Assembly (NCBI GenBank): GCA_029881495.1
Contig: JAOUMJ010000020.1
Coordinates: 22,230-54,229, forward strand
Source of the DNA: Nitrospinota bacterium
GTDB lineage: Bacteria; Nitrospinota_A; UBA7883; JACRGQ01
Length of the DNA stretch: 32,000 nt
Direction: 5' to 3'
Each line of letters begins with the position of its first letter. Within the stretch, counting starts at the first letter, position 1. This document shows, in pieces, positions 11,101 through 19,153 of the stretch. A program made the translations under genes and the position numbers. The notes beneath the pieces were generated by a model, which did no database searches, was not told the DNA's origin, and saw only the letters and a list, made by a program, of their open reading frames with translations.

Positions 11101-11649
11101 CTGAAAGTTTCGCAAAAGCTGGAACGACTTTTTAAAACTCCGCTCTTTGAAAAAATTCGAAGCGGTGAAATGGAAGAAAAAGGGAGAGAGGTGCCGTTTA
11201 CTGCAAGATTCGGCAGGGATGGAGATGCATTTTTCCTCAAAGGGCAGGTCGATCTCCTGCTAAGGAGGGGCGAAACGGGGGTGATGATCGTCGATTACAA
11301 ATACGCTGTGAGGGGCGAAAGCGAGACGACTTATCGCTTTCAGGTGGAGGCGTACGCGGTTGCCGCGGAGCGCGTTCTCGGTGTCGAGGAGATCGTGTGC
11401 GCGATAGTCTATCTTGGCGGCGAAGAGCCGGAGTGTGTGGAATGGAAAATGGATACAGTGAAACTTCAAAAAGCTGAGGAGGCGATAACCGGTTCCATGA
11501 AAATGATTTCGGAGATGGAGAGGAGCCTTAGGGGAACTGAAGGGATACCCGACGCCGACTTTTCAAATATCCTTGGCGAGAGCGGAGCGGAAATAAAGTG
11601 TCCCGACGGAAACTGCGGCTATCATGCTGTCTGCTTCAGCGGTGAATAG
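8137..11649 (+). CDS. addA: UvrD/Rep-superfamily helicase with C-terminal nuclease, AddA-like
   Basis: Walker A 'ASAGTGKTFIL', 'AISTIHSFCARIL', Walker B 'LVDEFQDVNGLQ', 'FVVGDVKQAIYGFRGGD', 'KIMTVHQSKGLEF', 'RLFYVGCTRAKDMLVLS', nuclease motif 'GQVDLLLRR...MIVDYKYA'. TTG start overlaps the upstream gene. Confidence 0.87.
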   Translation: MNLESSRAEEIVGFEGDTCVRASAGTGKTFILVEKFMHILKEKTDDSYTKIENILAITFTDKAAEDMRKRIGDKIYEEVRELEKRERTKEEEKLLRHLRTARRLLTKAYISTIHSFCARILRENPLEAGIDPQFEILDAQRTGALQSRSLERFLLDKLRRGDKPVAELAYRFGFDSDFAFESSLFSLVLSLLPLMRAAGVDIFSERALLSEYSEKLDDAEKMLSEQKKQCASILNGMSAEISTEKQKVIMEMLVSGISALSPSSDIGNEDTRKSVSGMKSAINLNTFKGKKDGNLKALATELKETLELYEMTVVSSLARESARQIAELVGEFYQYMESSVKNRGLLDFDDLQEMTLWLFRRNERILAYYRKMFRNVLVDEFQDVNGLQKMIVEQLAPPGEGKLFVVGDVKQAIYGFRGGDLEVFDETERAIVENGGGLFRLNVNRRSNPGLVKFVNSYFGRYEKSVFDAGDECVSMMDETEVSPVEYYTFSDEESADKRRFSEANFIASRINRLVGENKAKFSDMAILLRKFTPLPIYEAALSRNGVRYAVHRGTGFYKSQEVADLISILSFIDNPGDIVSWVGAVRSPYCGCSDRTLFTLRRDGEGKTVEPYRLFSRDAYLPPLDEGEGEKFSAFAEWVTLLINLKDRMAVSEIIETVLEKSRITGLLGAQNDGLQKVANVLKLIETARMMEQEPGFTLKNFVRHITRLYEQEERESEAVVVSEEENAVKIMTVHQSKGLEFGIVFLPDIGSSGKRGGGSAIFHKRKGLAVKYVEKETLSSHSGIVFESTKEEIEEKEKSDAKRLFYVGCTRAKDMLVLSGCPDPKKKRSEALSGLDELMEREPSLFNIVSIPVATMEEIREQRTPYDVLSAGEEPKNTELGKGGEGVAPMEPADERKEVFVDTRSLASFAKCKREYMLGRLYSVPAERSYHGGRGGRKGVYEAMEIGNAIHAILEKLDLEVPQDEMRTEIIKMAKRELPLASEAELLKVSQKLERLFKTPLFEKIRSGEMEEKGREVPFTARFGRDGDAFFLKGQVDLLLRRGETGVMIVDYKYAVRGESETTYRFQVEAYAVAAERVLGVEEIVCAIVYLGGEEPECVEWKMDTVKLQKAEEAITGSMKMISEMERSLRGTEGIPDADFSNILGESGAEIKCPDGNCGYHAVCFSGE

Positions 11650-11694
11650 GGAAGAGCGTGTTTCATTCCTGCCGCGCAATGCGATAGGGTTAAG

Positions 11695-13614
11695 CTACTG
11701 GATATTGTGATGCTTTCCTTCGTGTTCGATGATGGAGATGCTCTTTGGGCTTTTCAGAAGCTCAATTGATCTCTTGCAGATCCCTTCGGGATGGAGGGCG
11801 TATTTTTTTCTGGCGCTTTCCTGCGTGGAGTGAGGAACAAAAAGATCGGGAATCCCGATAGAGGCGCCGGCGATCGAGCCGAGCCCTTTGGCGCGCAGCT
11901 CTTCAAAAACGCCGGATCCAAACCCGCCGATGAGTGAGTTCTCTTCTACCGTTATGATATTGCCGCAGTGCTTGGCCCATTTTGAGATCATCTCCATGTC
12001 GAGAGGTTTTGCGAACCTGGCGTTTATTACCGCCGCGGAAATATTTTCCTTTTCAAGAAGCGCGGCAGCTTTTACGGCATTCACGACGGCATTTCCTATG
12101 GCGCAGATCACGATATCGTCTCCCTCATGGATCAGCTCGGCCTTTCCAATATCGATTAACCTGTATTCCTGCTCCAGCGGGATCCCTTCCACATTGCCGC
12201 GTGGATACCTTATAGAAGCCGGGCCGTTATGGTTAGCGGCGGTGTACATCATGTGGCGAAGCTCGTTTTCATCTTTGGGCGCCATCAAGGTCATGTTCGG
12301 TGTTTCGCGAAGAAAGCTGATATCGAAAATGCCCTGATGCGTGGAGCCGTCGTCACCTACGATTCCCGCCCTGTCGATGGCAAAGGTCACGGGCAAATTC
12401 ATGTTACAGACGTCGTGGATCACCTGGTCAAAAGCGCGCTGAAGGAAAGTCGAGTATATGGCGACGACCGGTTTGAAACCGTCGGCGGCCAGCGCGGCGG
12501 CAAACGTGACCGCGTGCTGTTCGGAAATGCCGACGTCGAAAAACCTGTTGGGGAATTTTTCGGAAAATTCCACAAGGCCGGTTCCGTCTCGCATCGCGGC
12601 GGTGATGGCAACTATTTTTTCATCATGCTCGGCAAGATCCACAATAGTTTTTCCGAAAATTGAAGTGTATGTAGGCCTGCTTTTGGATTTTTTCTTTCCT
12701 GTGGCGATATCGAACGGCGAGGTTCCGTGGAACGGTCCGGGGTCGGCCTGCGCGGGTGCATAGCCAAGCCCCTTCCTGGTAATGACATGTATGATGCGCG
12801 GGCCTGAAAGTTTCCTTATTGCCCTAAAGGAATCTATGAGGGTTTCAAGATTGTGCCCCTCTATGGGGCCGAAATACTTGAAGCCGAAATCTTCAAATAT
12901 CCTTCCGGGAACAATAATACCTTTTACTGCCTCCTCCACTCTGTGCGCGAAGGTGGCCACCTGTTTACCGATACCGGGTATGAGAGAGAGTATGTGATCC
13001 ACCTCTTTTTTCATTTTGTTGTATGTCTCGCCGCTTATGATCTTGTTCAGATGTGCAGAAAGGGCGCCGACATTCTCGGAGATAGACATCTCATTGTCGT
13101 TGAGTATCACCATCAGGTTCTTTCCAAGCGCGCCTGCGTTGTTAAGCCCTTCAAAGGATAGTCCCGATGTCATCGAACCATCCCCTATGACGGCGAGTAC
13201 GTCATGCTTTTCCCCTCTCATGTCGCGCGCCGCGGCGAACCCGAGAGCGGCGGAGATGGATGTCCCCGCGTGACCGGTATCGAAGTGGTCGGACGGGCTC
13301 TCTTCCCTTCTTGGAAACCCGGAGAGACCACCTTCTTTTCGAAGTGTGTCGAACCTGTCGAGGCGCCCTGTCAGCAGTTTATGGCTGTAGCACTGGTGCC
13401 CCACGTCCCAAATGAGCTTGTCTTTTGTAAAGTCGAAAACGGCATGCAAGGCGACAGTAAGCTCCACAACGCCGAGGTTTGGCGAAAGGTGTCCCCCGTT
13501 TTCCGAGACGGTTTGAATGATCTTTTCACGAAGTTCCTGCGAGAGCTCTTTCAGTTCGCTCAGGGATAGACCCGCAATGTCGTCGTGTGTTTTGATATTA
13601 GGGAGGTGTTTCAT
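11695..13614 (-). CDS. dxs: 1-deoxy-D-xylulose-5-phosphate synthase
   Basis: 'LIWDVGHQCYSHKLLTGR', 'GDGSMTSGLSFEGLNNAG', 'RDGTGLVEFSEKFPNRFFDVGISEQHAVTFAAALA', 'GDDGSTHQGIFDISFLR'. Confidence 0.97.
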   Translation of the reverse strand: MKHLPNIKTHDDIAGLSLSELKELSQELREKIIQTVSENGGHLSPNLGVVELTVALHAVFDFTKDKLIWDVGHQCYSHKLLTGRLDRFDTLRKEGGLSGFPRREESPSDHFDTGHAGTSISAALGFAAARDMRGEKHDVLAVIGDGSMTSGLSFEGLNNAGALGKNLMVILNDNEMSISENVGALSAHLNKIISGETYNKMKKEVDHILSLIPGIGKQVATFAHRVEEAVKGIIVPGRIFEDFGFKYFGPIEGHNLETLIDSFRAIRKLSGPRIIHVITRKGLGYAPAQADPGPFHGTSPFDIATGKKKSKSRPTYTSIFGKTIVDLAEHDEKIVAITAAMRDGTGLVEFSEKFPNRFFDVGISEQHAVTFAAALAADGFKPVVAIYSTFLQRAFDQVIHDVCNMNLPVTFAIDRAGIVGDDGSTHQGIFDISFLRETPNMTLMAPKDENELRHMMYTAANHNGPASIRYPRGNVEGIPLEQEYRLIDIGKAELIHEGDDIVICAIGNAVVNAVKAAALLEKENISAAVINARFAKPLDMEMISKWAKHCGNIITVEENSLIGGFGSGVFEELRAKGLGSIAGASIGIPDLFVPHSTQESARKKYALHPEGICKRSIELLKSPKSISIIEHEGKHHNIQ

Positions 13615-14501
13615 CAGTGCGTCCTGCTCCCGATGAAGAGCGCAAGCTCTTCAAGCGGTTTTATGTTCCCCTTGAGATCCTTTAGAGCCGCTATCGCGTT
13701 AATGATCTTTTCCGAAGCAAGCTCGCGGGACCTGTCGAGTCCAAGAAGGGAAGGATATGTCATCTTGCTCCTTGCGTCGTCGCTTCCGGCGGATTTTCCG
13801 AGTTCTTCCGTATTCCCTGTTACGTCGAGTATATCGTCGACTATCTGGAAGGCGTGGCCGATATTCTCGCCGTACTTCGCGAGCGAAGCCAATTCGCGGT
13901 CGTTCGCGTTTCCTATCAGTCCGCCCGCCTTTACCGCGGCAATTATCATCGCCCCGGTTTTACGGGTATGGATGTATTCGAGCGTCTCCATATCACCCTT
14001 TTTCCCTTCCGATTCGATGTCTACCTCCTGGCCGCCGACGGTACCCTGCGCGCCGACTGCTTGGCCGACTATCCCTATTATTCTAATCATTATATCCGAA
14101 GGGATTCCAGAGCCGTTGGGAGGGGATTCGGACAGTATTTCAAACGCGAGCGTTAGGAGGGCGTCCCCCGCCAGGATAGCAGTGGCCTCGCCGAATTTTA
14201 TGTGATTTGTTGGGAGCCCCCGCCTGAGATCGTCGTTGTCCATCGCGGGGAGGTCGTCATGGATAAGTGTGTATGTGTGGATCAGCTCTAAGGCAGCCGC
14301 TGTCGGCAAGGCGTTCTTCCTGTTTCCGCCGACAGCTTCTGTCCCGGCGACCACCAGGCATGGGCGCAGCCTTTTCCCCCCGGCAAAAACGGAGTAGGAC
14401 ATCGACTCAAAAAGCTTTTTCGGGATGTCTTGACGGACATTGAAAATGCGCTTTAGTTCCGATTCTATCTCTTTTCGGATTTCTTTAAAATGGGAGTTCA
14501 T
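13614..14501 (-). CDS. ispA: Polyprenyl (farnesyl/geranylgeranyl) diphosphate synthase
   Basis: '[10 protein letters not shown]', first Asp-rich motif '[17 protein letters not shown]', second '[11 protein letters not shown]', downstream '[11 protein letters not shown]'; start overlaps dxs/xseB neighbours. Confidence 0.93.
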   Translation of the reverse strand: MNSHFKEIRKEIESELKRIFNVRQDIPKKLFESMSYSVFAGGKRLRPCLVVAGTEAVGGNRKNALPTAAALELIHTYTLIHDDLPAMDNDDLRRGLPTNHIKFGEATAILAGDALLTLAFEILSESPPNGSGIPSDIMIRIIGIVGQAVGAQGTVGGQEVDIESEGKKGDMETLEYIHTRKTGAMIIAAVKAGGLIGNANDRELASLAKYGENIGHAFQIVDDILDVTGNTEELGKSAGSDDARSKMTYPSLLGLDRSRELASEKIINAIAALKDLKGNIKPLEELALFIGSRTH

Positions 14502-14745
14502 CCTGCTCCGATGTGGAGTCCGTTTCCATCTGTTGCGTGGAAAGATTTCCTTTCTGATCCTTTATGAGTTTTTCGATCTTTTTTTCGGCGCCGGAAAGCT
14601 GGCTCTGGCAAACCTGCGCCATCTGGATACCTTCCTCGAACATTTTCAGGGATTTCTCAAGTTCCAGTTCTCCCCCCTCAAGCTGAGAAACAATCTCTTC
14701 CAGCTTTTGAAGGGCTTTTTCGAATTTTACCGTTTCCCCTGCCAT
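14485..14745 (-). CDS. xseB: Exodeoxyribonuclease VII small subunit
   Basis: '[55 protein letters not shown]'. Start taken at MAGETVKF (14745) rather than the longer track ORF. Confidence 0.92.
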   Translation of the reverse strand: MAGETVKFEKALQKLEEIVSQLEGGELELEKSLKMFEEGIQMAQVCQSQLSGAEKKIEKLIKDQKGNLSTQQMETDSTSEQDELPF

Positions 14746-14851
14746 GCGCGTATTATATCCCTTTCGCCGGGAATTGGAAATGTCGTAAAGGGGCAAATAG
14801 ATGTATTTTCAGCCGCTTTTCAGGGTATGTTCCGTTAATCGGTGACTGCGA

Positions 14852-16987
14852 TCAGTAGCGGATCTCGGTCGGGTCGGAAGGGGCGGCCTTCTGCTGAGGG
14901 GTCTTGTCGAGGTCTTCCATGGAGAAGGCCCCGCTCTTGAGGAATCCGCGCACCCTTGTAACAACCGCGATCTTTGCCTGATCGACTTCCGCGACCGTAG
15001 CGTCCTTGGCAACGATCTTGTATTCGTCGCGCACTATCCTTCTTGCGTCCTCGTTGAGTGCCGAAAGTATCGCCGTCTGCACGTTCTTGTCGGACTGTAC
15101 AAGGGATTTGGCGATGGTGCTTCTCTCGAGATCCCTGATGGAATCCTTCAGCACGTTTCTCGGCACCTTCGGAATGTCGGTGAACGTGAAGTAGACCTTC
15201 TTTATCAGGTGGTATGTCTCCGGGTCCTCGGACTTGAGATGTTCGAGGAGCGTTGTCTGCGACGACATATCCATGAAGTCCATCATGCTGACCATGATGC
15301 CGACGCCATCGGCGGTAATGTTTTCAAGGCTTGGCACATCAATCGCCCGTCTGGCGATCCTCTGCGCAACCGGCTGGAAGGCGTTTATAGGTATGCTCTC
15401 GAATTTCGCCAGCTCGTACGCAATTGACGCCTGCTCTTCTATCGGAAGGTTTTTCAAAACCCCGGCCATCCTTTCCGGTGAAAGTTGCGAGAGAATGAGA
15501 GCCTTGACCTTTATCTCCTCCTCCTTGACGAGATAGGTTATTTGCGCTTCATCCAGATCGTTTAGGAAGCTGAACGGTTTTACTTTCTGCTTTTTGGCTC
15601 CGTGATCTTCCATCAGTATCTTTCTCATGGTGTCGTCGTGGAACCTCTCAAGGTACTGAACGGTTTCTTCCTCGCCGATCTCCTCTTCCTTCATGACGGT
15701 TTCTATCTCTATCAGCCTATCTACCGACAGCTCGCTGAAGATGCTCTTGCCGAGGTTGAAGCCGAGCACAGAGAAGAGGATGGCGGCCTTTTTCACGCCC
15801 TCACTGCTCTCAAGCTCTTCCTTTATCCTGCTGTTAAGGAGCCTCGGTTTGCCTACACCGAGGCTGACGATCTCCTGCTTGTACTGCTCTTTTTTCATCT
15901 GGAGCTTCAGGAGTTTTTTCTCCTCATCGATGAGCCCTCTCCTTTTCTCGGCTTCGCTTAGGGATTCTGATTTCTCCCTGGCTATTCTCTGCGCTTCGGC
16001 CATCTTTTCCTTTCTGAGTTTTCGCGCGGCGGACCAATTACGAAAAAAAATTCCGAATATGGTTACAAGCATCAGCAGAAGCATTATGCCAAGGAGCGCT
16101 ATGGCAAGATTTTCCCATTTCCTGTCGTCCATTGGAACTTTCTCTGCCGGGAAATCTATCTTTATGACTTCAAAGCCGTCCCCTCTGGTGACGTCCATGT
16201 CGAGCTTTTTGTAAACGAGGTTCTTAATGAATGATTCCTGCTCGCTCGTAATATTCCTGTCGACCATGAAGGTAACGAATATCTTCCTGATTATTTTTTC
16301 AATCTCCTGCTTCGTCTCCCGGACTGGAGGCGACTGAACCGGCATCGGCAAAACAGGCTGCTGTTGCTGAACAATCGTCGCGGCAGGCGGGATGAATGTC
16401 TCATCGGTAGTTACCGTCCTTTTCTGTCCCGGCGCTCTTCCTGTATCGTCTTCCATATCTTCATCGCCGAAGTCCGATCCGAGATCCGAAAAGGGGAGGC
16501 CCGGAAGTGTTTCGCCAAAATCGTCGCCTGACGCAAAGTCTCCTGAATCCTCCCTTGTCACTCTCCGTTTGATGAACCTGTTTTGCTGGAACTGCTGTTC
16601 CGGTGTGAGAACAGGCTGGAACTGGGTGACTGAAGTCTGCGGAGCCAAAGGCTGTTGCTGTATCTGCGATTGTTCCTGCGCAAGCGGCTGGGCTACCGGC
16701 TCCGGAGCCTTAGGAGCGATCGTCTCGGTTTTTGAGTCGAATATTTCAGCGTCGACCCTCAGGATGAAACGGGAATGACCAAGGTATGACGATATATCCC
16801 GGCTTAATCTCTCCTCGACCCGTTTTTCAAAAACAATTCCGCCGAGTTTGTCTTCTTCGAGTGTGGTTTTTACTTCATCCTGGGCCAGGGTGATTCCGGT
16901 CGAGGTGAGAAAGAATACAAGCGCACTGAAGAGGAAGAGCCCCCTTCCGTTCACCCATCTATTTTTCATAATCGTCATATTTTCCAT
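14852..16987 (-). CDS. FliF(C-terminal half)-FliG-like chimeric membrane rotor protein
   Basis: 711 aa. Signal/TM near the N-terminus; FliF-like split segments 'YLGHSRFILRVDAEIFDSKTE' (aa ~68-88) and 'IFVTFMVDRNITSEQESFIKNLVYKKLDMDVTRGDGFEVIKIDFP' (aa ~236-280); TM 'NLAIALLGIMLLLMLVTIFGIFF' (aa ~293-315); FliG-like N/M/C region aa ~393-690 ('GVKKAAILFSVLGFNLGKSIFSELS', 'KALILSQLSPERMAGVLKNLP', 'DPETYHLIKKVYFTFTDI', 'RDEYKIV...EVDQAKIAVVTRVRGFLKSGAF'). Confidence 0.8.
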   Translation of the reverse strand: MENMTIMKNRWVNGRGLFLFSALVFFLTSTGITLAQDEVKTTLEEDKLGGIVFEKRVEERLSRDISSYLGHSRFILRVDAEIFDSKTETIAPKAPEPVAQPLAQEQSQIQQQPLAPQTSVTQFQPVLTPEQQFQQNRFIKRRVTREDSGDFASGDDFGETLPGLPFSDLGSDFGDEDMEDDTGRAPGQKRTVTTDETFIPPAATIVQQQQPVLPMPVQSPPVRETKQEIEKIIRKIFVTFMVDRNITSEQESFIKNLVYKKLDMDVTRGDGFEVIKIDFPAEKVPMDDRKWENLAIALLGIMLLLMLVTIFGIFFRNWSAARKLRKEKMAEAQRIAREKSESLSEAEKRRGLIDEEKKLLKLQMKKEQYKQEIVSLGVGKPRLLNSRIKEELESSEGVKKAAILFSVLGFNLGKSIFSELSVDRLIEIETVMKEEEIGEEETVQYLERFHDDTMRKILMEDHGAKKQKVKPFSFLNDLDEAQITYLVKEEEIKVKALILSQLSPERMAGVLKNLPIEEQASIAYELAKFESIPINAFQPVAQRIARRAIDVPSLENITADGVGIMVSMMDFMDMSSQTTLLEHLKSEDPETYHLIKKVYFTFTDIPKVPRNVLKDSIRDLERSTIAKSLVQSDKNVQTAILSALNEDARRIVRDEYKIVAKDATVAEVDQAKIAVVTRVRGFLKSGAFSMEDLDKTPQQKAAPSDPTEIRY

Positions 16988-16994
16988 TTTACCA

Positions 16995-17669
16995 TTACCG
17001 GTGTATTTTAATTACCACTCTGCGGTTCTGCATTTGATTTTCCGCAATAGCGTTTCCAAGTTCATCCCTGTTTGGAGCCTTGGGCGCGATGTCGGCAAAC
17101 CCGGAAGCCTGCAGTCTCTTTTTTTCAATACCGAATTCGATAAGCATGCGGAGCACGTTTGTAGCCCTCGCGGTCGAGAGCTCCCAGTTGGAGGGGTATT
17201 TCACAGTATTGATAGGAACGTCGTCCGTATGCCCCTCCACCGAGACCTTGTGGTCGTCGTATGAGATCACTTTCAGCGATTTGGCTACCTTGTCGATGAT
17301 CGGTCTCGCGGTATCCATTATCTCCGCGTCGCCGGACAAAAAGAGGGCGGCGCTGGAGAATTCCAGCTTTATACCCTGTGCGGAGAGGTCGACCATTATT
17401 TCCTTTTCCAGGTTTTCCTGTTTAATCATCTTGTCCAGCTCGTTTTTCAGTTCATGGAACGGTTTTGTAACCTTCTTTTTGCTAACCGATTCAATAAGTC
17501 CGGCTTTGACCTCTTCATACTTTGAAGCATCTACTACCGATATCGCGGCAAGGAGAATGAAGAAGGCGAGGAGCAGGGTGACCATGTCCGAATAGGTGGT
17601 CATCCATGTTCCTTCCTCCGATTCTTCGGATCTCCTTCTTCCGGGAGAGCCGCTCTTGTTGAAAGCCAT
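16995..17669 (-). CDS. motB: MotB-type stator protein with OmpA-like peptidoglycan-binding domain
   Basis: 'TWMTTYSDMVTLLLAFFILLAA' (Asp in the plug/TM motif YxDMxTLLLxFF), C-terminal 'VSVEGHTDDVPI...NWELSTARATNVLRMLIEFGIEKKRLQASGFAD...QNRRVVI'. MotB-like; the symbol reflects family, not proven flagellar role. Confidence 0.9.
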   Translation of the reverse strand: MAFNKSGSPGRRRSEESEEGTWMTTYSDMVTLLLAFFILLAAISVVDASKYEEVKAGLIESVSKKKVTKPFHELKNELDKMIKQENLEKEIMVDLSAQGIKLEFSSAALFLSGDAEIMDTARPIIDKVAKSLKVISYDDHKVSVEGHTDDVPINTVKYPSNWELSTARATNVLRMLIEFGIEKKRLQASGFADIAPKAPNRDELGNAIAENQMQNRRVVIKIHR

Positions 17670-17694
17670 TACCTGTTCCTTTTAATGTTTTTCA

Positions 17695-18474
17695 TTACCT
17701 GCCGCTTTTCTTTCTGCTGAACCGCTTTTTTGGCTCAATGAAAGAGTTGAGTTTGTTTTCAACGAATATGGGGTGCTGTTTTTCCGCCAGTAGGAGTATC
17801 CCGTTCATCTGTATTACTCTCACCAGCACCTCGTAATCGGTTCTTCGCCTTATTTTTTCCGCTATCGGCATGAACAGCAGGTTCGACAGGAGGGTTCCGT
17901 ACAACGTCGTAGTAAGGGCTATCGCAAGTGCGGGCCCTATTGTAGAAGGGTCTTCCCCCATCTGCTGAAGCATGATTATAAGGCCTACGAGGGTACCGAT
18001 CATCCCAAAGGCAGGCGCGTACGATGCCATAACCTTGAACATGCTGTACTGCCCCTGCTGGGCGTCCACCATCCCTTCTATCATGTTTTCCAGGTTGGCC
18101 TTGATCTCATCTCTCTTGTACCCGTTGATAAGGAGCATGAGACCGTCCTTTTCAAATGAATTTTTAAGCTTGAGAGCTTCGTCCTCTATCGCGGAGAGCC
18201 CCTTGCTCTTTATGATCTCCGCCCACCGCGCAAACCTCGGAACAAGGTTTGTGTATGTGGTGTCATGCGACATGAATATCTTGTATACCGACAGGAACGA
18301 GCGTTTGACGTCCTCGTAGGGGAACGCGATGAATGTCGAGGCAACCGTTCCCCCAAGGACAATCGCGAAGCCCGGCATATTTACAAATACCAGGTACTCT
18401 TTCGTACTGCTTACGATAGCGGCGACGAATATCGCGATACCGGCAATAAGTCCGATCAAGGTTGATATTGACAT
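17695..18474 (-). CDS. motA: MotA-type stator/proton channel protein
   Basis: Four TM segments, 'PGFAIVLGGTVASTFIAFP', 'YAPAFGMIGTLVGLIIMLQQMGEDPSTIGPALAIALTTTLYGTLLSNLLFMPIAEKI'. MotA/PomA family. Confidence 0.93.
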   Translation of the reverse strand: MSISTLIGLIAGIAIFVAAIVSSTKEYLVFVNMPGFAIVLGGTVASTFIAFPYEDVKRSFLSVYKIFMSHDTTYTNLVPRFARWAEIIKSKGLSAIEDEALKLKNSFEKDGLMLLINGYKRDEIKANLENMIEGMVDAQQGQYSMFKVMASYAPAFGMIGTLVGLIIMLQQMGEDPSTIGPALAIALTTTLYGTLLSNLLFMPIAEKIRRRTDYEVLVRVIQMNGILLLAEKQHPIFVENKLNSFIEPKKRFSRKKSGR

Positions 18475-18475
18475 A

Positions 18476-19153
18476 TCAGTACCCCATTTCCTCTAGTTTG
18501 CGTCTTACGTCATTCATGGAAGGGTCGTGCTGAAGCGCCGCTTGCCACGATTGAACCGCCAGATCGAGCTTCTTCATCCTGTAAAAGATGGAGCCTTTCA
18601 GCGCGTGCGCGTAGGCATAGTCGGGGGCTATCAGCAGGGCCTTGTTCACTTCCTTCAAGGCGAGCGTGTACCGCTTCTTATAGAACTGTCTCTGCGCCTT
18701 GTTCAGATGGTTACTTGCCCTGTTGAAAGGGGATTGCGCCTCCGACGGCTCGCCGGGGGAAATCGCTACATCCTCCTCCGGAATGTCCATCTGCACAAAT
18801 ACGTTCTCATCGCCGGGGTCGATGTTCATCACGATGTCGTAACTTCTCCCCTTTCGCCTTATCTGCACGGTTTGGGGCGAGCGCGTGGCAAGAGTATCAT
18901 CTGCCGCCGCCCCTTGTTCGTTTGCTCCGTTCCTCTGCGGCTCGAGATTTATCGGCAGGTCGCCGGTATCCTCTCCCTTGCGGGCGGCCTCTTCCCTGGC
19001 CGCCTGTTTCACCATATCCTTTGTAGAGGAGCAGGCTGTAAGGGGGGAGAATGCAAATAGCAATATGGAGGCGGGGAGGATAACATGGGCCATAACCGCC
19101 CTTGCCAAGTTTGACCGCCATACAGTTTTCATCATTTCAATCACCTTGTTCAT
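18476..19153 (-). CDS. Lipoprotein with TPR-like repeats
   Basis: Signal sequence ending in a lipobox 'SPLTAC|SSTK'; helical repeats 'RASNHLNKAQRQFYKKRYTLALKEVNKALLIAPDYAYAHALKGSIFYRMKKLDLAVQSWQAALQHDPSM'-type pattern. Confidence 0.8.
   Translation of the reverse strand: MNKVIEMMKTVWRSNLARAVMAHVILPASILLFAFSPLTACSSTKDMVKQAAREEAARKGEDTGDLPINLEPQRNGANEQGAAADDTLATRSPQTVQIRRKGRSYDIVMNIDPGDENVFVQMDIPEEDVAISPGEPSEAQSPFNRASNHLNKAQRQFYKKRYTLALKEVNKALLIAPDYAYAHALKGSIFYRMKKLDLAVQSWQAALQHDPSMNDVRRKLEEMGY

Noticed and set aside
13585-14205. 206-aa ORF antisense to ispA, plus antisense ORFs in dxs, dnaJ, pabB and the addA-like gene
   Set aside because: Fully contained opposite well-supported coding sequence, Ser/Pro/Arg-rich translations and no domains.
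16392-16778. ORF opposite the low-complexity linker of the FliF-FliG chimera
   Set aside because: Antisense of Q/P/D-rich sequence gives Ser/Cys-rich junk; the minus-strand ORF is continuous through this region.
16995-18474. MotAB-like pair as a Zorya-type anti-phage defence system (ZorAB)
   Set aside because: No ZorC/ZorD/ZorE-like gene is adjacent. The flanking genes are a FliF-FliG-like rotor and envelope proteins, and the helicase-nuclease genes (4956..11649) are on the other strand beyond dxs/ispA/xseB and look like AddAB-type recombination proteins.
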